Assembly (NCBI GenBank): GCA_964627425.1
Contig: CAZVIY010000001.1
Coordinates: 32,128 to 96,127, forward strand
Length of the DNA: 64,000 nucleotides
DNA from: an uncultured Gemmatimonadota bacterium
Lineage (GTDB): Bacteria; Gemmatimonadota; Gemmatimonadetes; Palauibacterales; Palauibacteraceae
Direction: 5' to 3'
Positions 47,451 through 56,903 of this stretch are shown one piece after another. How positions within the stretch are numbered: the stretch's first letter is position 1; each line of letters opens with the position of its first letter. Position numbers and translations under genes: made by a program. The notes under the pieces are model-generated. The model was not told the DNA's origin and did not search any database. It saw only the letters and a list, made by a program, of their open reading frames with translations.

Positions 47451-47981
47451 ATGAACCTCAGGATTCCCGTGACCCTCGCCGTGGCCACGACGCTCATCGG
47501 GTGCGCCCACCAGGGAGGCGCCGGCGAGGGAGCGCCCACCCCGCCTCCCGACACGGTCACGGGCACGGTCCAGCAGGTGGGGAGCGTCCCGTTCCTGATC
47601 ACGGTGATCCGTGGGGAGGAGGACACGGCCGCCGTGAGCGGGGATCTGGAGGAGGAGATCGCTCGTCTGGTGGGGGCCCGGGTCCAGGTCACGGGCGTCC
47701 GATCCGAGGGGACGTTCCCGGGACCGACGGTGGAGGCCTCGGCGTACCGGATCCTGTCCATCGACGGCGAGGAGCCGACCACGGGGACCCTCCGGGTCGA
47801 CGGGGACGGCTACTTCCTGGAGACCGCCGGCGACGACCGGGAGCGACGGGAGCTCAGCTCCGTGCCCGAGGGACTCCGGGACCGCGTGGGGGCGAAGGTC
47901 TGGGTGATCGTCGCCGAAGGGGGAGGGACCGTCCTGCGTTACGGCGTGTTGCGGCCGGAACCGGAGGGCGAGGGGCGGTAG
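47451..47981 (+). CDS. Small lipoprotein with an internally duplicated domain of about 55 aa
   Basis: Lipobox ATTLIGC. It starts 13 nt after the upstream stop. TGTVQQVG..FLITV...LVGARVQVTG is echoed by TGTLRVDGDGYFLET...RVGAKVWVIV. Confidence 0.68.
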   Translation: MNLRIPVTLAVATTLIGCAHQGGAGEGAPTPPPDTVTGTVQQVGSVPFLITVIRGEEDTAAVSGDLEEEIARLVGARVQVTGVRSEGTFPGPTVEASAYRILSIDGEEPTTGTLRVDGDGYFLETAGDDRERRELSSVPEGLRDRVGAKVWVIVAEGGGTVLRYGVLRPEPEGEGR

Positions 47982-48020
47982 CGGGCCCGGCCGGTCCACC
48001 CGGGATCGCCGGGACGGGCC

Positions 48021-50006
48021 ATGGAGGGTTCACCACCGAAACGTACATCATCGACGGGTATGCCGATGGGACTGGATCAGATCAGCGTGACACTTCCGGA
48101 TGGATCGAAGGTCGAGCTCGACGCCGGTGCCAGCGCACGGGACCTGGCGTCGGCCATCGGACCGGGTCTGGCCCGGGACGCGGTGGGCGCCCGGGTGGAC
48201 GGGGCGCGCCGGGACCTGGACCGGGCCCTCCCGGACGGAGCCTCGGTGGAGATCCTGACCCGGGACGACGATTCGGAGGACGCCCTCTGGATGCTCCGGC
48301 ACTCGGCGGCCCACGTCCTGGCCACGGCGGTGCGGGAGCTCCGTCCCGGGGCGGGGATCGGGTTCGGCCCTCCCATCGAGGAAGGGTTCTACTACGACTT
48401 CGACGTCGAGGAGCCCTTCACCCCGGAGGACCTGGAGCGCATCGAGGAGGAGATGCGCGCGGTGGTGGCCGAAGGGTACGAGTTCCGGCGCGAGGTGGTG
48501 TCCCGAGCGGAGGCACGGGAGCTCTTCGCCGACGATCCCCTGAAGCTGGAACGGCTCGAGGAGATCCCCGAGGACGAGACCATCACCGTCTACCGGGACG
48601 GTCCGTTCCTGGACCTGTGCCGGGGACCGCACGTGCCCGATACCGGCGAGGTGCGCCACTTCGAACTCCTCAACGCCGCCGGCGCCTACTGGCGCGGCGA
48701 CGAGTCCCGTCAGATGCTGCAGAGGATCTACGGGACGGCCTTCTTCAGCGAGGATTCGCTCCAGGAGTACCTGGACCGCCGGGAGGAGGCGAAGCGGCGT
48801 GACCACCGGAAGATCGGCCAGGAGCTCGATCTCTTCAGCGTCCAGGACGAGATCGGTCCGGGTCTGGTGGTCTGGCATCCCAGGGGCGCCACCATCCAGA
48901 AGGAGCTCCGGCGCTGGATCGAAGACCAGCTCGAGGAGCGGGGCTACGAGTTCGTCTACACCCCCCACATCACCAGCGAGGAGCTCTTCGAGAAGTCCGG
49001 GCACCTCGAGGCGTACCGGGACCTGATGTATCCGGCCATGGAGGTGGAGGGCGAGCGGGAGCCGTACCGGGTGAAGCCCATGAACTGCCCCATGCACACC
49101 CTGATCTACGCCTCGGACCAGCGGAGCTATCGGGACCTCCCCATGCGGCTCTCGGAGATCGCCAACGTCTACCGCCACGAGCGTTCCGGCACCCTCCACG
49201 GCATGCTGCGGGTCCGGATGCTCACCATGGACGACGCCCACGTCTTCTGCACGCCGGAGCAGATCGAGGACGAGATCTTCGAGATGCTGGACATGGTGGA
49301 CGAGGTCATGGGGACCTTCGGCTTCCAGTACCGCTACGACCTCTCCACCCGTCCCGAGAAGCGGATCGGCGACGAGACGGTCTGGGACCGGGCCGAGGAG
49401 GGCCTGGAGGCGGCCCTGGACCGGACCGGGGCCGACTACGACGTCGACGAGGGCGGGGGGGCGTTCTACGGTCCGAAGATCGACATCAAGTTCCGGGACG
49501 CCATCGGCCGGGAGTGGCAGGGTGCCACGATCCAGCTCGACTTCGTCCTCCCGGAGCGCTTCGACCTGGAGTACGTGGGACGGGACAACGAAGCTCACCG
49601 GCCGGTCATGATCCACCGGGCGATCGTGGGGACCATGGAGCGGTTCGTGGGCGGCCTGATCGAACACTTCGCCGGGGCCTTCCCGGTCTGGCTCGCTCCG
49701 GAGCAGGTCCGGGTCCTCCCGGTCACCGACGACGAAGCCGACGGGGCCGGGGAGGTGGCCGATCGCCTGCGCCGGGCCGGCGTCCGTGCCGAGGTGGACG
49801 TCCGTTCCGACACGCTGAGCTACAGGATCAGGGACGCCGAGCTCCAGAAGGTCCCGTACGTCCTGGTGGTCGGCTCCCGCGAGCTGGAGGAGGGGACCGT
49901 GGCGGTCCGGGCTCGAGGAGCCGAGGAGAAGCAAGTGCCGATGGAGCTGGAGTCCTTCCTCGACCGGATCACCGGCGAGATCGAGGATCGGGCCCTGGCG
50001 CCCTGA
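48021..50006 (+). CDS. thrS: Threonine--tRNA ligase
   Basis: ISVTLPDGS (TGS domain), [22 protein letters not shown], class II motifs, and the anticodon-binding C-terminus. The true start may be ATG 48060 or 48066 ([13 protein letters not shown]). Confidence 0.93.
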   Translation: MEGSPPKRTSSTGMPMGLDQISVTLPDGSKVELDAGASARDLASAIGPGLARDAVGARVDGARRDLDRALPDGASVEILTRDDDSEDALWMLRHSAAHVLATAVRELRPGAGIGFGPPIEEGFYYDFDVEEPFTPEDLERIEEEMRAVVAEGYEFRREVVSRAEARELFADDPLKLERLEEIPEDETITVYRDGPFLDLCRGPHVPDTGEVRHFELLNAAGAYWRGDESRQMLQRIYGTAFFSEDSLQEYLDRREEAKRRDHRKIGQELDLFSVQDEIGPGLVVWHPRGATIQKELRRWIEDQLEERGYEFVYTPHITSEELFEKSGHLEAYRDLMYPAMEVEGEREPYRVKPMNCPMHTLIYASDQRSYRDLPMRLSEIANVYRHERSGTLHGMLRVRMLTMDDAHVFCTPEQIEDEIFEMLDMVDEVMGTFGFQYRYDLSTRPEKRIGDETVWDRAEEGLEAALDRTGADYDVDEGGGAFYGPKIDIKFRDAIGREWQGATIQLDFVLPERFDLEYVGRDNEAHRPVMIHRAIVGTMERFVGGLIEHFAGAFPVWLAPEQVRVLPVTDDEADGAGEVADRLRRAGVRAEVDVRSDTLSYRIRDAELQKVPYVLVVGSRELEEGTVAVRARGAEEKQVPMELESFLDRITGEIEDRALAP

Positions 50007-50022
50007 CGAAACACCACCCCCC

Positions 50023-50110
50023 CGTCGGCTGTATCATGATCATCGGGCGAGGCCGGCGGGACCGGCGTGTTCCGGGCCGCCCCGAGACGACGAGTCGAAA
50101 TCAGCCGACG
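50023..50110 (+). promoter_or_regulatory. Structured leader upstream of rpmI-rplT (candidate L20 autoregulatory element)
   Basis: A perfect 9-bp long-range helix, CGTCGGCTG (50023..50031) with CAGCCGACG (50102..50110), encloses a GC-rich hairpin (GGCGG..CCGG-cgtgtt-CCGG..CCGCC). It ends 5 nt before the GGGAGG SD of rpmI. Confidence 0.3.
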
Positions 50111-50125
50111 AGGCGGGAGGCACCC

Positions 50126-50323
50126 ATGCCCAAGATGAAGACCAATCGCTCGGCCGCGAAGCGGTTCAAGAAGACGGCGAGCGGCGAGTACAAGCGGTAC
50201 AAGGCCGGCAAGACCCACATCCTCACCAAGAAGAGCACGAAGCGGAAGCGGAAGCTCCGGAAGCCGACCACGGTGTCCAGCGCGGACAAGAAACGGGTGG
50301 AGCGACTGCTGGCCGGCGGCTGA
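50126..50323 (+). CDS. rpmI: 50S ribosomal protein L35
   Basis: ATG 50126 inside ORF 49514..50323. [37 protein letters not shown]. Confidence 0.93.
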   Translation: MPKMKTNRSAAKRFKKTASGEYKRYKAGKTHILTKKSTKRKRKLRKPTTVSSADKKRVERLLAGG

Positions 50324-50373
50324 TCCGCCGGGGCGGGAGACAGAAACCGAACGATCATCAGTCCGGAGGGGCC

Positions 50374-50411
50374 GGGCCGCGGCGGCGAGGAGCCGGCGGC
50401 CGCCGCGGCCC
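50374..50411 (+). promoter_or_regulatory. 12-bp perfect GC hairpin between rpmI and rplT
   Basis: GGGCCGCGGCGG (50374..50385) pairs with CCGCCGCGGCCC (50400..50411) across a 14-nt loop. There is no U-tract, so it is not a classical terminator. Confidence 0.5.
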
Positions 50412-50440
50412 GCCGGGTACAGTCCAGGAGGAGCGCACAG

Positions 50441-50797
50441 ATGCCACGGGTGACGAGCGCGGTCGCACGCAGGAAGCGCAAGAAGAAGATCATGGACGAG
50501 GCCAAGGGCTACTTCGGTGGCCGGTCCAAGCTCTACCGTCCCGCGAAGAATCAGGTGGAGAAGGCGTGGGCGAACGCCTACCGGGATCGCCGGCGCAAGA
50601 AGCGCGACTTCCGCAAGCTGTGGATCCAGCGGATCAACGCGGCCGCCCGGCAGCACGAGCTGTCCTACTCCCGCTTCATGGACGGGCTGAACAAGGCCGA
50701 CGTCGACCTGAACCGTAAGATGCTGGCCGACCTGGCCGTCCGGGAGCCCCAGGCGTTCGAGGAGCTGGCCCGGGTCGCGAGAAGCCACGCCGGCTGA
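50441..50797 (+). CDS. rplT: 50S ribosomal protein L20
   Basis: [33 protein letters not shown]...[10 protein letters not shown]. Confidence 0.96.
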   Translation: MPRVTSAVARRKRKKKIMDEAKGYFGGRSKLYRPAKNQVEKAWANAYRDRRRKKRDFRKLWIQRINAAARQHELSYSRFMDGLNKADVDLNRKMLADLAVREPQAFEELARVARSHAG

Positions 50798-50811
50798 GCC
50801 TCCGGCCCCGA

Positions 50812-51873
50812 ATGCCGGACGGAGACAACGGGGTGAGCGACGCCGGACGGGAGCTCCTGGACCGGCTGGAGACCCTGGAGGCCGAAGGGGTGCGTGCCCT
50901 CCAGGAGGCTTCGGACCTTGAGGAGTTGGAGGAGGCCCGGGTGGCCTACCTGGGTCGCAGCGGCGAGCTCGCCGCCATCACCGGGAACATCGGGGAGCTG
51001 GCTCCCGGGGACCGTCCCGCCGTGGGCCGGAAGACCAACCAGGTGAAGGAGGCCCTCCAGGCCGCGCACGGGGAGCGGGAGACCGAGCTCACCCGTCGGC
51101 GCCGGGCGGCCGAGGCGGCCGACCGGGATCTCAGCCTTCCGGGTCGCCGGGACTGGACCGGGGCCGCTCACCCGGTGGCCCAGGTGGTGGACGAGATCTG
51201 CGGGATCTTCGAGAACATGGGGTTCACCCGGGTCCGGGGCCCCGAGGTGGAGACCGAGTGGTACAACTTCACCGCCCTGAACATCCCCCTGGACCATCCG
51301 GCGGCCGACGAGCACGACACCTTCTACCTGGACGACGGCGTGGTGCTCCGGACCCACACCTCGCCGGTCCAGGTCCGCACCATGGAGGCCCACGAGCCGC
51401 CCATCCGGGTGCTGACCCCGGGTGCCGTCTACCGCCGGGACCCCTTCGATCCCTCCCACGCCCCGGCCTTCGAGCAGATCGAGGGGCTGGCCGTGGACGA
51501 GGGCGTCGACTTCGTGGAGTTCCGGTCGGCCATCGACCACTTCGTCCACCGCTTCTTCGGCGCCGAGACCGAGACCCGTCTCCGCCCGGGCTTCTTCCCC
51601 TTCACGGAACCCTCGGCCGAGGTGGACGTGACCTGCGGGATGTGCGGGGGAGGGGGGTGCTCCACCTGCAAGGGCACCGGATGGCTGGAGATCATGGGTG
51701 CCGGCATGGTGGACCCGGCGGTCTTCGAAGCGGCGGGATACGATCCCGAGCGATACACGGGCTACGCCTTCGGCATGGGGCCCGCCCGCATCGCCATGGC
51801 CCGGCACCGGATCCCCGACATCCGGCTCCTCTACCACGGGGACGTCCGGTTCCTCCGCCAGTTCGCCGACTGA
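50812..51873 (+). CDS. pheS: Phenylalanine--tRNA ligase alpha subunit
   Basis: HPV..V, LRTHTSPVQVR, FFPFTEPSAEVDV, GAGMVDP, FGMGPARIAM. Confidence 0.95.
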   Translation: MPDGDNGVSDAGRELLDRLETLEAEGVRALQEASDLEELEEARVAYLGRSGELAAITGNIGELAPGDRPAVGRKTNQVKEALQAAHGERETELTRRRRAAEAADRDLSLPGRRDWTGAAHPVAQVVDEICGIFENMGFTRVRGPEVETEWYNFTALNIPLDHPAADEHDTFYLDDGVVLRTHTSPVQVRTMEAHEPPIRVLTPGAVYRRDPFDPSHAPAFEQIEGLAVDEGVDFVEFRSAIDHFVHRFFGAETETRLRPGFFPFTEPSAEVDVTCGMCGGGGCSTCKGTGWLEIMGAGMVDPAVFEAAGYDPERYTGYAFGMGPARIAMARHRIPDIRLLYHGDVRFLRQFAD

Positions 51874-51934
51874 GCCCTCCGGCCGCTTCGATCCTCACAC
51901 CCGTCACGCGCACCGCAGATCCAGGAGCAGGCCC

Positions 51935-54388
51935 TTGGACGTATCCGTGAACTGGCTCCGGGCGCTCGTGCCCGCCCTCGGCGACGAGACGCCGGAGGTT
52001 CTCGCCGACCGTCTCACCCGTACCGCCGTCGCCGTCGAGAAGGTGACACCGGTGGGCCGGTCCCTGGACGACCTCCGGGTCGCAAAGGTGCTCTCCGTGG
52101 AGGAGCACCCCGACGCCGACCGGCTCACGCTGTGCAGGGTGGAGACGGGATCGGGGGAACCCGTCCCGGTGGTCTGCGGGGCGCCCAACGTGCGGAGCGG
52201 TGGACTCTACCCCTACGTCCCTCCCGGCGGCCGTCTCCCGGACGGCACGGAGGTCGACGCCCGGGAGATCCGGGGAGTCGCCAGCCAGGGGATGCTCTGC
52301 TCCGAGCGCGAGCTGGGCCTGGGACCCGACCACGGCGGGATCCTCAGCCTCCCGCCCGACCTCGAGGCAGGGGAGGAGCTCTCCCGGGCGCTGGACCTGC
52401 CGGACCATCGCCTGGAGCTGGACCTGACCCCGAACCGGCCGGACCTGGCCTGCCACGTCGGGGTGGCCCGGGAGCTCGCCCCGGGGGGCGTCTCGGGCGT
52501 CCTCCTCCCGGAGTTCGGAGGACCGACGTGGGATCCCGGTTGGCACGACGGTGCCGAGCGGGCGGAGATCGACGGGATGAGCGTCTCGGTGGAGGACCCG
52601 GAGCGCTGCAGCCGGTACCTGGGAGCCGTCGTCCGGGGAGTGGAGGTGGGGCCGTCGCCCTCCTGGCTCGCCTCCCGCCTGCGATCGGCGGGCGTCCGGC
52701 CGGTGAACAACGTGGTGGACGCCACCAACTACGTGCTCCACGAGCTGAATCAGCCGCTCCACGCCTTCGACCTCGACCGGATCGCCGGAGGGGAGATCCG
52801 GGTGCGCCCGGCCGCGGCCGGCGAGGAGCTCCGGACCCTCGACGGGGTGGAGCGGACCCTGGATCCCGTGCAGACGGTCATCGCCGACGCCCGGGGACCG
52901 GTGGCCCTGGCGGGCATCATGGGCGGCGAAGACACCGAGGTGACCGACCGGACCTCCGGGGTGTTCCTGGAATGCGCCATCTTCGATCCCTCGGCCACCC
53001 GGAGCGGTGCCCGTCACACCGGGCTCTCCACCGAGGCGTCGTATCGGTTCGAGCGCGGGGTCGATCCCACGGCCTGCGAGGAGGCCCTGGCCCGGTGCGT
53101 CGACCTGATCCTCGCCGTGGCCGGGGGGCGTCCGGAGCCCGCCGGCCTGCGGCTCGGCGGTCCTCCCGGGCCGGCGCCCGAGCTGACGCTGCGACCCTCG
53201 CGGGTGGAGCAGGTCCTGGGGCGGGCGTTCTCTCGCGGGGAGCTGGCCGATCTCCTCCAGCCGCTGGGATTCCGGTGCGAGATCCCGGAGGCCTCCGGGG
53301 GGGAGGAGGGGACCCTCCGGGTGGCCGTCCCGGGCTGGCGTCGCGGCGACGTGGCCCGGGAGATCGACCTGGTCGAGGAGGTGGCGCGTCGGGAGGGGTT
53401 CGACGCCTTCCCGGCCCGTCAGCCCTCGTTCCGACCCAGCGCCGTGCCGGCGGACCCGGCGTGGAGCCGGGCGGCCCGGGCCCGTCGACGGCTGACGGCG
53501 CGGGGACTGCTGGAGACCCGGAGCATCCCGTTCGTGGCGGCCGGCTCGGCAGGCGACGGTGGGGTCCGCCTCCGGAATCCCCTGGCGGAGGATCGGGGGA
53601 CCCTGCGGAGCTCCCTCCTCCCCGTCCTCCTGCGCGCCGTGGAGCGGAACTTCTCCCACGGGGAGCGCTCCGTGCGCCTCTTCGAGATCGGATCCGTCTT
53701 CCGCGCGGACCCGGACGGGCCGTTGCCCGTCGAGGAGCTGCGGATCGGTGCGGTCCTCACCGGCCTGAGGCGTCCGGAGCACTGGAGCCGGGAGGCCCGC
53801 CCGGTGGACTTCTGGGACCTGAAGGGCCTGGCGTCGGAGATCGCCACGGAGTGGTGCGGCGGCCGGCTGGCCGCCGCGTCGGATCCTCCCGGCGTCGACG
53901 GGGGCGACGTGCCCCTGGAGGCAGAGGTCCTGGGCCCCGAGCGATTCTGGATCCTCCAGGAGGACCGGAGGGTGGGGGTGGCCGGGCGCGTCCGCCCGAA
54001 CGCCGTGGAGGCGCCGGACTGGGCCGATCCGGCCTGGGGACTGGAGCTCCGGCTGGCGGCGGTGGGCGAGCGGTCCCGGACCACGTACCGTGAGGTGTCG
54101 AGCTTCCCCCCTCTCTCGCGGGACCTGGCCGTGGTGGCCGGACGGGAGGTCGCCGCGGAGACCATGGAGGAGACCATTCGGCGCGCCGCACCCGGGACGC
54201 TGGAATCGCTCCGACTCTTCGACGTCTTCGAGGGGGAGAAGGTGGGCCCCGACCGCCGGAGCCTGGCGTGGCGCTTTACTTTCAGGGCGCCGGATCGCAC
54301 CCTTCGTGATCAGGAGATCGACGAGGCCATGTCCCGCATCGCCGGAGCCCTGGAGGACGAGCTCGATGCCAGCATCCGAACCGACTGA
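51935..54388 (+). CDS. pheT: Phenylalanine--tRNA ligase beta subunit
   Basis: TTG 51935 (AGGAGC SD 7 nt upstream) inside ORF 51698..54388 gives MDVSVNWLRAL... The tRNA-binding domain has VEEHPDADRL..C.V and VVCGAPNV. B3/4, B5 and the C-terminal FDVF..G domains are present. Confidence 0.92.
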   Translation: MDVSVNWLRALVPALGDETPEVLADRLTRTAVAVEKVTPVGRSLDDLRVAKVLSVEEHPDADRLTLCRVETGSGEPVPVVCGAPNVRSGGLYPYVPPGGRLPDGTEVDAREIRGVASQGMLCSERELGLGPDHGGILSLPPDLEAGEELSRALDLPDHRLELDLTPNRPDLACHVGVARELAPGGVSGVLLPEFGGPTWDPGWHDGAERAEIDGMSVSVEDPERCSRYLGAVVRGVEVGPSPSWLASRLRSAGVRPVNNVVDATNYVLHELNQPLHAFDLDRIAGGEIRVRPAAAGEELRTLDGVERTLDPVQTVIADARGPVALAGIMGGEDTEVTDRTSGVFLECAIFDPSATRSGARHTGLSTEASYRFERGVDPTACEEALARCVDLILAVAGGRPEPAGLRLGGPPGPAPELTLRPSRVEQVLGRAFSRGELADLLQPLGFRCEIPEASGGEEGTLRVAVPGWRRGDVAREIDLVEEVARREGFDAFPARQPSFRPSAVPADPAWSRAARARRRLTARGLLETRSIPFVAAGSAGDGGVRLRNPLAEDRGTLRSSLLPVLLRAVERNFSHGERSVRLFEIGSVFRADPDGPLPVEELRIGAVLTGLRRPEHWSREARPVDFWDLKGLASEIATEWCGGRLAAASDPPGVDGGDVPLEAEVLGPERFWILQEDRRVGVAGRVRPNAVEAPDWADPAWGLELRLAAVGERSRTTYREVSSFPPLSRDLAVVAGREVAAETMEETIRRAAPGTLESLRLFDVFEGEKVGPDRRSLAWRFTFRAPDRTLRDQEIDEAMSRIAGALEDELDASIRTD

Positions 54389-54722
54389 CCCAGGCCCGGC
54401 TCCGGCGGGAGGCGAGGAGCCCGGGGAAGACGCCGGGCTCCCCGAATCGGAGCTCCGCCAGCTGGAGGAGACCATCGATAGGCTGCTGGACCGGCTCGAG
54501 GCCCTGGCCGAGCGGGCCCGGGACGCCGAGGAGGCCCACGCCGAGCTCCGCCGTGCCCTGTCCCGGGCCGAGGACGGAGACGAGGAGGGTGACGAGCCCA
54601 TCGACGAGCGTCTGCGGAGGCTGTCCCGGGAGAACGAACGACTGCGCGGGCTGCTGGACAGGGGTCGGGAGCGGGCCGAGCGGATCCGACAGCGCCTCGT
54701 GCTGCTGGAGGACGAGGCGTGA
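54366..54722 (+). CDS. Hypothetical coiled-coil protein (ZapB-like by composition and context only)
   Basis: ATG 54366 inside ORF 54090..54722 overlaps the pheT 3' end by 23 nt. LRQLEETIDRLLDRLEALAERARDAEEAHAELRR...ENERLRGLLDRGRERAERIRQRL. Its stop overlaps the zapA GTG. Confidence 0.55.
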   Translation: MPASEPTDPGPAPAGGEEPGEDAGLPESELRQLEETIDRLLDRLEALAERARDAEEAHAELRRALSRAEDGDEEGDEPIDERLRRLSRENERLRGLLDRGRERAERIRQRLVLLEDEA

Positions 54723-55063
54723 GCCGGCGGGAGGAGGACACCCCGGCGGACGAGGCCACACAGAGCGTCCGGGTGGAGATCTTCGGCGAAGAGTACCTCA
54801 TCCGGACGGACATGGACGAGGACTATACCCGACGCTGCGCGGAGTTCGTGGACGAGGCCATCCGGGACGCCCACCTGGACCTCCACGTTTCCGAGCCCCA
54901 CAAGGCCGCCATCCTGGCGGCCCTCCACATCACGGACCGCTACTTTCGACTCCGAAAGGAACGGGAGAGGGAGCAGGACTCTATCTCGTTGCGGATAAGT
55001 GAGTTACGTAGGCGCATCTCCAGCGCTGTCGAGGCCTCCTCTCCCGAACCCGAGAGCGACTGA
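54719..55063 (+). CDS. zapA: Cell division protein ZapA
   Basis: GTG 54719 (GTGA overlap). VRVEIFGEEYLIRTDMDEDYTRRCAEFVDEAIRD...KAAILAALHITDRYFRL fits the ZapA pattern. It sits after pheT, as in Bacillus. Confidence 0.8.
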   Translation: MSRREEDTPADEATQSVRVEIFGEEYLIRTDMDEDYTRRCAEFVDEAIRDAHLDLHVSEPHKAAILAALHITDRYFRLRKEREREQDSISLRISELRRRISSAVEASSPEPESD

Positions 55064-55327
55064 CCGGCCCTCGATCCGTCTTGCGGGCGCTCCCCCGCGG
55101 GCCCACTATGGACCCTGGCGGATCCCGCCGCCGCGTGGCTCGTCGGTCGAGCCCGGCGGTCGGGACCGCGACTCGGGAACCCATCCGCGAGCCCGGGCGG
55201 CACGGATTCGGACCGGCGGGGGAGGGACCGCCGGCTCCGGGAGGCCCGCTTCCCTCCGTCCCGACCGACGCACCGGGCCATCCACGTCGCTCCGGAGCCG
55301 TGATCCCATAGATCGGAGTCGGAGCGA

Positions 55328-56896
55328 ATGAGTGGCGTCCCCCTGGAGGTCGTACTCGCCGGGGTCGTGCTGGCCGTGGCGGCCTTTTTCATCGGACAGG
55401 CTGTGGGCAGCCGGCGCGGTGCCCGTCGACGGGACGAGGCGGAGGGCACCGCCCGGGAGGTCGTGCGCTCCGCCGAGGAGGAGGCGACCCGCATCAGGCG
55501 GGAAGCCGAGCGCGAGGCCCAGCAGCGCGTCGAGGACCTGAAGGCCCGGACCGAAGAGGAGCTGGCCGCCCGTCGCGAGGAGCTCGAGTCTACGGAGGAC
55601 CGTCTCGCCGAGCGGGAGGAGCTCCTGGAGCGGAAGCTCGCCCTCCTGGAAGAGCGGCAGGAGCGACTCGACGTCCGGAGCGAGAGCCTGGACGAACGTC
55701 GGGACGCCCTGGAGGAGCGGATCGCCGAGCTCGACGAGCGGGAGCGGGAGCTCCGCGAGGGGATGGAGCGCCTCGCCGGGATCACCGCCGAGGAGGCCAG
55801 GGAACGCCTGATCGCCGAGGTCGAGGACGAGGCCCGGGCCGAGGCCTCCCGGACCATCCGACGCCTGAAGGAGGAGGCGCGGAGGGAGGCGGAGCGGGAG
55901 TCGAAGAAGATCATCACCATGGCCATCGAGAAGATGGCGGTGGACCACTCCTCCGACGTGCTCGTGTCGCTGGTCGCCCTCCCGAGCGACGACATGAAGG
56001 GTCGGATCATCGGCCGTGAGGGCCGGAACATCCGGGCCTTCGAATCGGCCACGGGCGTGGACGTGGTGGTGGACGACACCCCCGAGGCCGTCCTCCTCTC
56101 CTGCTTCGATCCCATCCGGCGGGAGATCGCCCGCATCGCCATGGAGCGCCTGGTGGCCGACGGCAGGATCCACCCGGGGCGTATCGAGGAGATGGTGGAG
56201 AAGGCCCGGGAGGAGATCGAGGAGGGGATGCGGGAGACCGCCGAGGAGGTGGCCTACGACCTCGGCATCCACGACCTCCACCCCCAGCTCCTCGAGCTCC
56301 TGGGACGTCTGAAATTCCGTACGAGCTACGGACAGAACCAGCTGCAGCACGCCCGGGAAGTGGCGCTGCTGGCGGGGAACATGGCCGGCGAGATGGGCCT
56401 GGACGTGGAGATGGCCCGGCGCATGGGACTGCTCCACGACATCGGCAAGGCGCTGACCCACGAGCGCGAGGGGAGCCACGTGGAGCTGGGGCACGAGGTT
56501 GCCCGACGATACGACGAGCCGGAGCAGGTCCTGAACGCCATCCGGGCCCATCACGACGAGGAGCCGGCCCGGTTCCCGGAGACGTTCCTGGTCACGGCCG
56601 CCGACGCCATCTCCGGATCCCGGCCGGGCGCCCGGAGGGAGTCCTTCGAGCACTACGTCGAGAGGCTGGAGAAGCTGGAGGAGATCGCCTCCTCCTACAG
56701 CGGGGTCGAGAAGGTGTTCGCCATCCAGGCCGGCCGTGAGATCCGGATCATGGTGGCGCCGCAGGAGGTGAGCGACGAGGAGATGAACGAGCTGAGCGAG
56801 AGGACGGCGCGTCGCATCGAGGAGGAGCTCCAGTATCCCGGCCAGATCAAGGTCGTGGTGGTCCGGGAGAGCCGCGCCGTGGACTTCGCCCGATGA
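55328..56896 (+). CDS. rny: Ribonuclease Y
   Basis: N-terminal TM helix, long coiled coil, KH domain (MKGRIIGREGRNIRAFE), and HD domain (LLHDIGKA...HVELG). Confidence 0.95.
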   Translation: MSGVPLEVVLAGVVLAVAAFFIGQAVGSRRGARRRDEAEGTAREVVRSAEEEATRIRREAEREAQQRVEDLKARTEEELAARREELESTEDRLAEREELLERKLALLEERQERLDVRSESLDERRDALEERIAELDERERELREGMERLAGITAEEARERLIAEVEDEARAEASRTIRRLKEEARREAERESKKIITMAIEKMAVDHSSDVLVSLVALPSDDMKGRIIGREGRNIRAFESATGVDVVVDDTPEAVLLSCFDPIRREIARIAMERLVADGRIHPGRIEEMVEKAREEIEEGMRETAEEVAYDLGIHDLHPQLLELLGRLKFRTSYGQNQLQHAREVALLAGNMAGEMGLDVEMARRMGLLHDIGKALTHEREGSHVELGHEVARRYDEPEQVLNAIRAHHDEEPARFPETFLVTAADAISGSRPGARRESFEHYVERLEKLEEIASSYSGVEKVFAIQAGREIRIMVAPQEVSDEEMNELSERTARRIEEELQYPGQIKVVVVRESRAVDFAR

Positions 56897-56903
56897 GGCC
56901 ACG

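Noticed and set aside
51634-51669. CxxC-x5-CxxC knuckle (VTCGMCGGGGCSTCKGTGW) inserted in PheS
   Set aside because: As far as I recall, this zinc-knuckle insertion occurs at this position in PheS of several lineages, Bacillus-type enzymes for example, so I do not consider it novel.
55081-55311. 76-aa ORF and other small ORFs in the zapA-rny gap
   Set aside because: R/P/G-rich translation with no SD. I treat the region as non-coding RNA or a leader.
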